DNA from: Azolla caroliniana
Taxonomy: Eukaryota > Plantae > Polypodiophyta
DNA: 64,000 nt
Assembly: GCA_043228905.1 (NCBI GenBank)
Contig: JBHGNT010000001.1
Location: 2,542,001-2,606,000, forward strand
Direction of reading: 5' to 3'
Shown here: piece after piece, positions 25,901 to 38,800 of the stretch
Layout: each line of letters begins with the position of its first letter
Numbering within the stretch: the stretch's first letter is position 1
Translations under genes and position numbers: made by a program
Notes under the pieces: model-generated
Told to the model about the DNA's origin: nothing
Databases searched by the model: none
What the model saw: only the letters and a program-made list of their open reading frames with translations

Positions 25901-28900
25901 ACTGTCTTGAAGTACCTAATTTTGAGCCATATACACCAGAATAAGCATAGACTGACCCCTCCCAACCAGAATAAAACGCATTCCAAAACCCATAATTACC
26001 CACTGTTTCCGAAACAGAAAAAACACAGAAATGTAACGTGTTTGTATCCTTAGGAGACAACAAAACCAACTCCAAAAAATAAAATAGAATTTGAACATAT
26101 ACATATATTTTTTAGAATGTTATAATAAGATTCATAATTAAACAATCTAAATTAATTTATAATTACTTCTTTGGTGTCTTTTCCAATTTACCTGGAAATA
26201 CTGCAAAATACTTTACAAAATACAACAGAATGAGGTGATATGACAAATGTATAGGTTGCAAGTTGCCTGACCAAGATTCAAAATGTATGTGAGAGAGAGA
26301 GAGAGAGATTATATGTATGTGATAAATTCAAGTTGCAGCAGAGATCAGGGATATTAGTCTTACGCAATAAAAAAACCCGTGAAAAAAATAAAAATGCATA
26401 AAACACCATTTTGCATCACAGTAAATGGACATGTCCATTTCATCCTCTCATTATAGGATGAAAAGCCATTTTGTGCAGCTATACAGAAGCCTTTGAAGCA
26501 CATTGAAAAACGAAAAGATGTACTGAAACATAGGAATGTACCTTTCCAATAATGGTGCCATTGTCCATGTCAATTTCTTTGGGGTCAATTTCCCAATCAC
26601 ATTTTCGTGGTACGGGAGGCTGTACTGCCTTTGATGAGGCATGATTTCCCTTCAGACAGCAGTAGATAGGAACTCACTTTCTGAATCAGAATATGGATAC
26701 TTGAGAATCTATGTTGATGGTTACAATTTTAGCCTTACCAGTACGTGACCACCATGTTGTCTTAATAGGGCTGCCATCTCATTGTATCTTTCACTCTCCG
26801 CATCCGCAAGCGGCTGCAATAAACACAGCACATGTAGGGAGTGAACCAATACTAAATACAAATACACCAGTTTAGGAAGAAAGAAAAATATATTAATGTC
26901 TCTTAAGGCACCAAAATGACATATGAGACCAAAGGAGAGATTACATCAACAACCATACTACACAAAGCAATATAATAGGAATAGGATGGAGAAATAAAAC
27001 TATGGCATATCCGTAAGCATGCATGTGCACATTCACAACGATTGCCATTGTCTTTAGCAGAGAGTTATGAATTGACAGTAAACAGAAATGGAATGATACT
27101 AGTTTCCCTTCAAGTGCAGAAATATATCTTTCCACTTTCTTAAAACGAATTTATAATTCTGGGGTGACTCCAATCTTATTTCATCCACTTAAATGAGCTT
27201 CATTAATGGAACTAGTCTACAGTATGAACTCTAACGAATCCACAAGTCATTCAATTTATCTATGATTAAATGTGATTATCCCGGTTTTGGTGGAGTGTTC
27301 ACCTAGTTACTAGCCTGAATGGAGGTCTACCTTCTATGTAGACCCATGTCGAGTTACAATTTCCTATTATGGAAGCCAGACGACCTATTGTGAAGAAGCA
27401 TCCTCTAATGAATGAAGTTAAATAAAGCTATGGTGGGAGACACTCATTTTATAGGTTGTGGATGCACCGGTGTCCAGATGAATGAGAATCCAGCACCAGA
27501 ATCCATGTTTTCTATCAAGCTGGGAGTGCCCTCATACAGGCTATTTAAAATTACGAAAAATAACATTATGAAAGATTACGAAAAATAACATTCATTCGTA
27601 GGGAAATCTAAAATCTGAATTAAATCAATGACAATCCAAAATAAACATCACTTGATGAAAAAGCTGGATCAAAGTGCAAGGTCACTGAAAACACATCCAT
27701 GATTGTTAAGGATACACTAATTATTATGCAAATAGACATATAGTTGATAAATGAAAGAAATAGAATAAGGGCACTTCCTCCCAGCCATCCCCAAGGGCCT
27801 TGAGGCGAATTTTAAACACCATCAGCATCCCATACCAACGAACAATGCCTTCTCTTCAATCCACGCCACATTCCGACAGAGATATTTGTCTCCCCAGAAT
27901 GAGGGTAGCTACTACTCATTTTCTACTTGCACTTTGGGTCCTTGGGCCACCACATGTACTCGGCATGTGTCTTGACCTTATCTGAGTTGCCTCAATTCCT
28001 AATATACCCTTAAACAATATATTAAGGTTGTGCACATAACAATGGTAATGTGGTGCCACAAGAAACATCACTTAAAGGCATCAAATTTGGGCAAATCTGT
28101 TGGTATAAACAGACATAAACAGAGATCTCTTGGCTACTATCAACAAAGTAGGTAGTTGAGGATTTCATCAATTAGTCATGTTTAGTTATTAGGATTAGTA
28201 AGCCTACACATAACAACACTAATTACTTGAGCAAATTAAGGTTGTAGAATCACTTCAACAGTCTACCATGTTTGCGTTTACTCACTATAAGTACATGAGC
28301 TTATACATTTGTTGTATCATCCCTTTGCTGCAATCATGCTTATTATTTTTTTCTAGGATCTAGAATATCTTCCTAGATAGGCAAAAAGCAGAAAATAAGG
28401 CAACTAGCTATGTGACACATGGTTGAAGAAGCTCCTAGTGGAAATTGAAATGTGGGTTGAGAGAAAGTCAACCCGCATAGAATGCAGCAGCCAGAGTTGC
28501 GTCGCAATCACAAAGAATCTGGTATTCCACGGACAGACCAAGCATATTGAGGTCCCATACCATTTCATACGAGAACTCATTACATAATCTTGTCCATCAC
28601 CACGTAATTGTCCAAATGGGATCCTAGGACCTGAGCAGATACAGAACCTACTGCAATAAAGAAGCTAGTGTGAATAATAACTCCCCTAAATAACCAGAGA
28701 AAATATCAAGAAAAGAAGTGTTTTATGTTTCTAATAGCTCACACTTCCGTGGTATATATAGCTAGCCTCCTTAACAGGAGAGGTTTGCAGTTCCCTAGGT
28801 TGCCAGTCACAGAACTCTTAGCTATGATAACCAGACGGGTTCAGTAGTCAAAGCCTTTGCGGCATGTTCCAGTGCAGCCTTCCAATTATATGAATAGTTA

Positions 28901-29504
28901 GTTGCCCGCAGAATTCTAGTATGGATGCATGTTATGGCACAGCGTCACTGGGTATGATGATGGATGGCCATCCAGTTGCGGCACTGCCTTCGTAGGTATG
29001 AATATGTAAAATCCCAGCGGGAAATTGATTGGATATGAAAGGCAGCTACCAGGTTGCAGAATGGAATAGTTAGTCAGCCACCCCATTTTGGGCTCAGACT
29101 TCTCAGATATGAAGAGAGCCTATCTTCTGTAGTGGCACATATATTTCCTAGATATGAGTAGCCACAGCTCTAAGATCATCGGATCATCGGATCTGGGCTG
29201 AAAAAGATAAAAACAGAATCAAGATCAAAAGACAGTAACTAACCGAGTTCCCCCATCGGTCCTGTGCATTGACCGGAGCATTGCCATTGAGGAGGAGTCT
29301 GGCGACATCGAGGCGGTTGAAGGAGGCGGCCACATGGAGGGCGGTGCGGCCATCATAGTCATGGGCGGAAATGAGTTCAGGATCTGAATCCAGGAGGCGC
29401 TTAACAGATGCCACATCTCCATTCCGCGTGTGCCAGAAGAGCTGCGATTTAGACGAGATGGGTGATTTCTGGACAGTAGGAGATTGTGGCCAGGATGTGG
29501 CCAT
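22905..29504 (-). CDS. VIK: Ankyrin-repeat Raf-like protein kinase (integrin-linked kinase family, VIK/ILK6-like), about 422 aa
   Basis: Minus-strand exons 29504-29244, 26813-26739, 26649-26542, 25865-25771, 24644-24524, 24440-24361, 24245-24186, 24095-23980, 23909-23824, 23357-23245, 23156-23009, 22910-22905. Ankyrin repeats (DYDGRTALHVAA, NAQDRWGNSPLADA) precede CDWEIDP, GKGSFGEI, IAVK, HRDLKPRN, intact DFG and GETGSYRYMAPEVF. Confidence 0.93.
28380..28585 (+). mobile_element. Ty1/Copia RNase H relic in intron 1 of the VIK-like gene
   Basis: Translates to 'WLKKLLVEIEMWVERKSTRIECSSQSCVAITKNLVFHGQTKHIEVPYHFIRELI', matching the Copia consensus CDNQSAIAIAKNPVFHxRTKHIEVRYHFIRE. Confidence 0.85.
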
Positions 29505-29569
29505 GTATGTTTTTTAAGTATATGTATGAAGATGGCCCCAAAAATTAGTGTTTTGCTTCTGCTTCTGCT

Positions 29570-29693
29570 TCTTCTTCTTCTTCTTCTTCTTCTTCTGATG
29601 GAGAGCGTATACTGATGACGATGGTGATGGTGATGACGGACAACTGACTGTCTCAAAGGAGACAAGTCACCTTCTCACTTTCAACGCCATTTC

Positions 29694-29741
<48 letters not shown>
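29570..29741. repeat. (CTT)n and (CT)n microsatellites in the 5' leader/promoter of the VIK-like gene
   Basis: (CTT) x about 8 at about 29570-29594; (CT) x about 21 at about 29700-29741. Confidence 0.9.
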
Positions 29742-29744
<3 letters not shown>

Positions 29745-29853
29745 ATTTTCTTCTTTAAGACGAGTAGAGCTTATATACAAAATAGTTAGTTGTTAAGTGT
29801 GCTTGCCATAGCCTATGGCTGCCTCTCTCTCTCTCTTTCTGGGATTATTATTA

Positions 29854-30166
29854 GGGAAAAGTACCAGGATACCCCTGGAAGTTTGTCTATTTACCAGAAT
29901 GCCCCTGAAAGTTCCAAATTTACCAAACTACCCCTATGTCCAAAAAATTACACTTTATAAAGTAATTATACACTCAAATATTTGGTAAATAGGGCTAGTT
30001 CGGGTCCATTTCTTCCATATTTGGTAAATAGAGCTTGTAGATTTGAGTGTATAATTACTTTATAAAGTGTATTTTTTTGGAAATTAGGGTAGTTTGGTAA
30101 ATTTCGAACTTCCAGGGGCATTCTGGTAAATAGACGAACCTCTAGGGGTATCCTGGTACTTTTCCC
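29854..30166. mobile_element. Mutator-like MITE, 313 bp, with TIRs of about 125 bp and a 9-bp TSD
   Basis: Termini GGGAAAAGTACCAGGATACCCC ... GGGGTATCCTGGTACTTTTCCC. The inverted repeat continues to 'tacactttataaagtaattatacactcaaat'. TSD TTATTATTA at 29845-29853 and 30167-30175. Confidence 0.93.
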
Positions 30167-32681
30167 TTATTATTATTGCATCTCGTTAATTTCACCTCTA
30201 GAAATGTAAGGTTCCGATGACCTCTAGAATTAGATGGTTCCTCTGAGCTCACAAATGTTTTGTGCTCAAATTACAATGATACAAATGTCAACAATCTTGG
30301 GTTGCTTTAAATATGCCTTTCTACTTATATTGATTTTGTTATTCGAGACAAGTTGATCCCTTTTGTTTCTCCCAACTAGCTAGTGGTAGTGGTAGGTTGT
30401 TAGACTACCAATGCAATGCCTTTGGTTCAAAAGCTCGACTTTCATGCCCTCTTCATTATACCACCATACATATTTCTTTCTACATAACCACATTCCATCT
30501 CTCTCTCTCTCTCTCTCTCTTATTCTCGCATTGATGTTTTGAAGTTGAAAAATATAGCCCATGATTTGATCTCCTGCCTATATTCCATATGGTCCACGGT
30601 TATGGAAGATTTGTTGTTATCGTATAGAAGGTTCCATATCTTGTTACGTATTTGACTTCGCCTTCGCTAAAGATAAATATTCCAATTGATTATTGTGTCA
30701 TTTGTACAATAGGGCCAGGGCCAACTTTTTCGTCTTGAATAGTAACAAAATCAACTGATAATATTTGAAGGCCAAGCACATTCTTTTTTCACATTGTCCC
30801 TTTAGATAAGATTTGCAAAAGTAGATTTCGTTCAAACAAATAAAATGATGCCATTATAAAGTACACTTTCCTTATACTTTATGGGAAATTTCCAGGAGCT
30901 CCATGCAATCATGCCGACCTTACCATTATGATAGTTTAAGCATGTTGTTCGTTTTAGTGGTAGCATTTCATGAGCTTTTTATCATGTAATACTTATGTTT
31001 ATTGATAATACCTAAAACCTAATACCTATGAGCAATAAGAAATTAGGGATGGTTCAAATGAAGAGCTAATTTCAAGTTGCGCTCAAACAAATTAATCAAC
31101 TTAAGTTCGATTGAGCATCTTTCCAATAAAAAAGGAGTAAGGGAAAGAAAATGGGAAATACACAACATTGGTTGCAAATAAAAATAGTTTTCGAAGTAAC
31201 CAACATAATAAGTATTTTGTATTCATTAAGCAGGTTGATTTCACTCATAAAATATACACTCGGAACTTATGCTTTATTAATCTTCATTTTTTAATCATGA
31301 CTATCAATCTAGCTATTTAAATTATTCATGCATCCTATGTAAATGAATTCATATGTTTAAGAATAAATAAGACCCTCACAAACAATCTTACGCATCAACA
31401 AAAACAACACAACTCGCACTTACCAAGCATCATAGTTCATAACATTAAATTTTGTGGTGGCCTTTACTATAGATACCAACCTATCAATAGTGTCTTATTA
31501 AAAGCCTCAACTATAAAGTTTGATGTTAATTCTTCTCCTCACTATTTCAAATGGAAAGTTGTCAAATCTTAAATAAGAAGATGAGATTCACCAAATTTTT
31601 AGAGGTGTATGTGTGGATATACTAAAACATTATTAAAAAATCCTCCATATTGTGAATGTTTTCAATTGACACATGATCATTGTGTTAAGGGATAAAAAGT
31701 TTGACTAAAAGTTTTGAGTGGCACATGAGTGAACATCCAAGAACAAATCCTATCATTCATAGCAAGCTCATTAATGGAAATGCGATATATAGATCATAAA
31801 TTTAGGGACAGACTAAAATTGTTTCCTTTGTCGTACGGTACTTAGTTTCTGCACAAACAGTCCTATTGATCATACCCATTTATGACACAGTATTTGATTT
31901 CCAATCAAGTATAAATATCTCATGGACGGTGAATCCCCTTAATCAAAATGGATGAAAACATATACACTTTTAAATCTGTTATAGTCCCATTGCAGAAATG
32001 CACAATCCAGTTTACTCTATTGCTAGAGATCTACTCAGCACAAAGTCAACATAGCAAAACCCTCTTGGGTTGACAGATATACATTATGAATGCGTGCACA
32101 CTTGTTTACAGACAGGACCATGCATAAAGCACCATCAGATTGCATCCCGACAATAATAGGAAATTACCTGTAGAGGATTCATATTATCAGAATCATTGCA
32201 TCAAAAAATTCAGAGGCTCGATCAGATAGTGCCAGACTGTAATTAGAGATATATTATAAATACATACAAAGCAATTTATTGTCCTTCATTTGTTCATATA
32301 GATATTTGCCATCAGAACTTTTAGAGATCAACCTCTTCGCATTAAGAATTCTGATACAATTGTTCCAGTAGATACATACGTACAGTTATTGAAGTAAATC
32401 CAAATAGATAAATTTAATACAAACACAAGTAAAATTTAATTCAAAATATCACACTTAACTATAGAAAATAAATGAAGCTAAACTCATAGGTCTGCACTCC
32501 AACTTTAAAATAAATTAGAAATCATTTCCAAAGTCTCTGATACAAAATAATATGCAAAATCCACCTACGTTTCCAAACAAAAACATGATTGACTGCTCAA
32601 GACTATATAACCAGCATTTTTCATATTAAAATGCTATATTGGCTTTTCCAAATACAATTTGGCTCGTAGCTCCAAGAGCTT

Positions 32682-35545
32682 CTAGCATTTGACCTCCTTC
32701 AAGGAATCACCGAAGTAAAGGAATGTTGGATCAGTTGCCCCATCCTTGTAGTAAGCAAACACCAAGGATGCATCATCTTTCATGCTTTCCCCAACAAAGC
32801 TGTGCAATAAACACAGGTTAGGACTTCATATCAATCATCTAAGATGCATATACATATCTTTAATGCTTTTTCCGACAAAGCTGTGCAATAATTATGAGGT
32901 TAGGAGTTAATATCAGTCATCCAAGATACATAACCATATACATACATATATGTGTGGCTTGTGTTCAACATCATCTTAATTTCCTTGCAATTGTCGTCAT
33001 CTAGAATTATATCCTGTGTGTAAGTTAGGATTTGAAATTGTCATCATCTCAAACATATCTGGTGTATGAGTGAGCCTTAAAACAAAAAACGATTTCAATT
33101 ACTATCTAGCATATATTTTGTGAGTTGAGTTAGCAGTTGAGAATCCTTGCAATTTTTGCCATCTAAGCACTTAGTTTTTCGAGTCTACTAAATATATAGT
33201 TAGGAGGTTAATATCTCAAATATCTTACAATTGCAAGTCGCTGAGTTTGCCCATAAGCCACTTCACAGCAGGCTCGATATTCTTTTTAAATTCTTCTTGT
33301 CTCTCCTCTGGTACCAGTGGGGTGAGGTTTTTAATGTATTTCTTGATGTAAGCAACAAACGTCTTCTTATCAAAAGAAGGCTGCTCCTGAAATGAGAAAT
33401 AAACCCTAGTGTTAAACAGCAATCAAGAGATTCTTGAGGAAGAGCGATACTATTTGAAATGAGGAACTAATCCTAGTAACATATACTATTCAAATGAGGA
33501 ATTAGCTCTGGAGTGAAAACAACTCGGGAGATAATTCAGGTAGCATTGTGGAATTACACTAGTGTCAAAATGCAATCAAGACTCTTGATGTAGAAGCATA
33601 CTATCAAAATAAAGAATCTGCTCGACTGTCAAACAGAATCAAAAGATCCTTGCTATAATATGATACTATTGAAAACAAATAAGTAACACTAGTACCGATA
33701 TTAGCTCCAGAGAAATTGATATTGGAAGGCTAACCTGCAGTCTAAAAGTATCAACAATGTCAACAACTTTTACAGCTTCATCATTAACACCCTCATCTTC
33801 CTCTCCTCCTTCAGCAGATGGATTCGCGCCAATGTCGACATCAAGTGCACCTTTCACAACCCACTGCAAAAAAACATTGTATAAAATCTTGTTTGCTTTA
33901 AAAAATATGAAAAAATAACATTTTTTACAAGTATATTTACCTTCCCATCTACTTCCCATAGAATACCATTCAGAATTTCCTTGTATGGGAAAGAGTCAGA
34001 AAGAAGCTCATCACCTGCACAGTAATTAAAACATTTTGATATTAAATATCAACTTATTCGGTAAGAAACACACATTAGGCTCGCTTAACCATCCAGATAA
34101 CACAGGCTACACATTTCATCAAATGAACGATGGTACATGATACAGATCAAATGACACACAAAATAGACCCTTTCAATTATGAACAATAATAAAATACACT
34201 GTCATCATTACTTGCAAACAGCATAAAACAGACACAAAGGCAGCTCAAATATTGTGAATCTAGAAACGAAAAGAGGTAATAGAGCAGACAAATTGATTCC
34301 ACCAAAAAGTGTTAGGTTTTGCATTGTGATAACAGAAGCACAATTAAGTAGAGAAAACCTTTTCATCAGGTTAATGCAGATGCTCACAATTTGATACACC
34401 CAAATCAAGCTAAGCGGAAACTCAATCATTTAAAGCCAATATTTCGAACAGATCAGGGCTTCTAGACATCCAGATCTCACATACCTAATTCTGGAGTCAG
34501 GTCATGGCTTCTAGACTCTTACATTTGACGAATCTAATTCTAAGATATACTAAACATTTCTTTTTACTGTCGGAGTGGGAAAATCTGATTATATTTATGA
34601 AGAGATTCTCAAGATCATTAAGAGATGTAATAACCATGCTCATATATTTCTTTTAGTAACTTCTAGGTCTGTTAGATTTATTTTCCATTTTCTCTCCAGA
34701 AAAATGAAGTCAACTTTTTACCCATTTTCTCTACAGAAAGATGCAGTTTCATACATCCAACTCTGGTTACACAGTTCATCTAAGATGAACATTTGGATCA
34801 GATAAATGAAGAATTTTTTGATTTAATGTGTGTAACTAAAGCTAGATATCACATTCTAGCTAAAGGTAACCTCAATCCGTCTAAGGCAAACATTTGTAAC
34901 AGATCACAACAGAGGTTCCCTGAACCAGGTTTTAGCTAAACAAAATTTTAAACTGGAACAAGAAATTGCATCAGATAAGGTATAATTTAAGTTCCATAAG
35001 ACATATTTCTGATTCGACAGTCGTTTAATTATGATAAACGTAAGTATCAGATCAAAAGAAAACTTGAGCAAGGACAAACATTTGATTAGATCACGGTAAA
35101 AGTTAACGTCTTTCACAAAAACAGTTATATACCGACATAATTTAACCAGGTTAAACGTATGTATCAGATCACAGCAGACGTAAAAAGATCGAACTCTTCC
35201 TAAACAGGAACTCGTTTCTTTGCAACACACTGAAAATTTCTATAAGCTTATAGTCTAATAAATCCAATTACTTCTACCTAAAAGAGAGATCTTCTATGTC
35301 AAAAGTTTCAATCCGATCAATGCACCAACTGAACAGTTTGATCCATCTCAGTGCGGGTAACTAAACAGAACTTCAATCATCCAGAAGAAAATTAGTATGG
35401 AGCAGATCGATTGAAGGAGCCTCTCCAGAGAGAGTGTAATGATGGAAGCACACGTAGGGGCAAAAAGACGAGAGAAGAGCAATCAAATGAGAGAGAGAGA
35501 GAGAGAGGAGGACCAACCTGAGAGAAGATCCTGGTAGACCAACAT
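32682..35545 (-). CDS. TCTP: Translationally controlled tumor protein, 168 aa
   Basis: Minus-strand exons 35545-35518, 34014-33941, 33863-33735, 33386-33229, 32799-32682 total 507 nt. Protein: [22 protein letters not shown]...[15 protein letters not shown]...[19 protein letters not shown]...FFVGESM...[14 protein letters not shown]...LKEVKC. Confidence 0.98.
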
Positions 35546-35709
35546 GACGATGAGGTCGACGAAGAAGAGGACAAAGTTCACAGAAGAGAAGAGAGATCCG
35601 CTGCAATGGCAGAGAGAGAGAGAGAGAGTCTTCTTCTTCTGCTTCCTTTGTTACTTCTTCAAAAAGAGAAAGAAGGCCATCGCCATAAAGAGATGCTCTC
35701 TCGGTGAAT

Positions 35710-35717
35710 TAGGGTTT
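35710..35717 (-). promoter_or_regulatory. Telo-box (AAACCCTA) upstream of TCTP
   Basis: TAGGGTTT on + at 35710-35717, about 165 nt upstream of the TCTP ATG. Telo-boxes are known from plant translation-related genes. Confidence 0.5.
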
Positions 35718-35889
35718 TTCTGTACCTTGTATCGACCGTCGGATCTGGTGGATTTGAAGGCGTGGTTTCATCTCAGCCGTCGTCGGGGGCTTTTTTTTAA
35801 TCTCTTCTCTGGCCCGAGTAACTTGTATGTGTAGGTAAAGTGAAGGAAGTTTATCTACTGAAGAAGAATGGCTTATTATTATTATTGTT

Positions 35890-38800
35890 TTTTTTTCTTT
35901 TTCCTTTTTTTTTCCAAAAAAAAATCCTTCCATTAGTTATAAAATTTTAGAGATGAGAGTATTATATACAAATCCCCGTGGGGCCGCGATAGTTCCATCT
36001 TACTTGGATGCCCACTGACTCAAGAAAGGGAGACAACGACCATCGTTGGATGAAGGCTAGTCGTTATCTTTCAACTCCATCGGAGCCACCCTTGAGGCCA
36101 TTGTATTGGCTCGTTAGAGTGGCTACAACTTCACTCCATATCTCTTGCATTAACATTACTAGATGCGGAGAAGACCCGTCTACACCGTTGTTGTTTTTTT
36201 TCTTTTCCAAAAAAGATACTACATTAGTATTAGAAGATGCCATAAGCCTAAACATACAATATATACCACCGATCCCCTATGTTTTCCTAAATTCTAACCA
36301 TCGGCTTAAAAAAATACTTTGGTGTTGAGTAAAACCATTCCACCTCATAAAAAACCGTCTAAAAAAATATACCTATGTCCCAAATGGCATGAAACTCCAA
36401 ACGCTTAAGCTCAGTTTGATGCGCATTACCTTTTATACTATTCAACAACCCTCTGAGATTATGCACAATCTCTATCCAAATTCCCAAAATTATTTGGGCA
36501 GGTCTTTCAGTCACATTTTGAAATACCTTTAAACATCGAGCCTTCCAAATATACCAAATTGCCATATTTGAGGTTTGTCAGTTTGTATTTGTGGATTCAG
36601 AGGGATCAAATATTTTTCCATCAAACCATGTCTCATCACAATAGCATCTGCAACCTCCTCCTGTTCATATACCATAGGTTTATCATGTATCACCGCCCAT
36701 AATATTGCACCCCATGTATACACTGCTAGGATATATTGGAGTTAATAATTTTATGATTCGTTTCCATATGTCCAGAGCAAAACCACAACTCCACAAACAA
36801 TGTTTAGCAGTCTCTATTACATCTGTACAAAAATGGGCACATATTGTCTACATTTCTTTTTCACCACCCATTAACTGGTATAGCATTATGAACCAACAAC
36901 CATCGAAAACAAGCAATTTTCGTACTCATCTTTATAGCCCATAGCCGTTTCCATACTTGTTTGAGATGTTGTGGAGAAAGTCCACTTCATCTCCAAACAA
37001 CATTTGCAATTGGTTCTTTCCATGATCTAGCACCTAATATTTTCCTACCAATCTTCATAGAATATTGAAAGAAAGGCATGTATTTGATGTGATATTGCAC
37101 CCACACCTTCCAATACAGTTCTCTACAATCCCAAGTTAATCTAGATATTGGTCTCCTTTCCATAATCCAAATCCTCCAAAATATAACTCATCTTTTGAGG
37201 ATCCGAACCTAAGACCCAATTTGATCCATCATTTGCAATCACCCTCACTTCTTTATGCAAACAAAACCTAAACAAATCATTTTCCTTAGGTGTAAAGATT
37301 AACCTACCATCATCTTGTACATCAAAACTCATACACTCTTGTTCCCCAATATAGGTATTAACTCCAATTAAAACAACAAATGGAGTAGCAGATCCAATTT
37401 GCATTTGAATATCAAAAAGGGCCCTTTGTATTGCAGAATGCATTATCTTCCCACCCCTTATATTACTAATTAGTATCATTTGTTGATCTATAGGTTTAGA
37501 CAGAAATGTTGTCCATGCACCTAGAGACTGTGTTGGCCCATGATCTAATTTTGCCCATGCACATCTAGTGTGCATTCCCAACATATGTCCTCTCTGGTCG
37601 GTCAACCATGAATTCCAAATCAGGGGTTCTCTACAGAATTCAGATTTTGTTTTTGGCAATGTCTTAACTAAATCAAGAGAAATAACTTTTCATGCATTAA
37701 GAACACATCGACCAAATTTGTCTTCCCAGTTTGTGGGAATAACCAATTTATTATGTTCCATAAAAGCCCATCTAAAACTAGGCCTCCAATCCCCACCAGT
37801 TTTGGGATAAAACTTTTACAAAATTAGGCCCATCTACACCGTTATTTCCATAGAGTCCAGCGAGTTATTGGGTTAACTAATTCCAACACAACTTGAGATT
37901 TGGCAATAATAGGAGTTGAGTGGGTATTGTCGATGGTGGGAAAAAAACCCTCTTGTGTTTTTATCACCAAAGTCATCCCCTCCTCTTGATGCTCGTACCT
38001 GTCAACTGGGGTTTGTCATGATAACCAACATACATTTCCCCACCTGATTGTACCTTGCACCTGGCATATTTGCAATAGGTAGCCAACCCCCACCATATTT
38101 GATGGGTCTCTGGGCATTCCCACTGAGCGTGTCGGATTGATTTTGTTGCATTTGGGCACGCTGCACAATTAGGAGAGCTAAGGTTCCCACGTTGCCACGC
38201 TCCAACCGGTAGTGCCTTATGTATTAATAGCCATTGGAATGTGGTAACGTACCTCACGTGATGTTGTTTCTAGATTTTCTAACAATACTCGATGATAATT
38301 GTGTGAGGAACATGATACGTGTGCCAAATCTTTGCAATAACCGGATCTTGAGCGGTTACAATGTGGTGACCCAATCTAGTCGTGAATTGGAAGAAAGGGA
38401 TGACTTTGCTTCCTTGACCCGCATAAGGATCGTTCCACGTCCATTGCAATGGGTCCAAACTAACCTTACGTAGCCATGTTTTCTCATGAGTACATATGTG
38501 ACATTCTCGTTATACTTTAATCGGATCGGGATCTATAATCCATTTATGACCAGTATATGCAAGTACTCGAAATGGCGTATTCAATGTTAATGCCTTGTTG
38601 TCTCGCAATTCATGGCCTTCGATCCTGTTCGGTGGTTCCCTACCTCTTGGGATCAAAGATCCCTCCTCGTAGCCTATCCACTTCTCAATTGCCGTCCTTT
38701 GATTAGTAGCTTCCCTAAGCAATAGAGTGTTAATGATTTCAAATCTCATAGTCCACCCACCCATGATTCCATGGAGTATGTTGGTTTGATATTGTATTGG

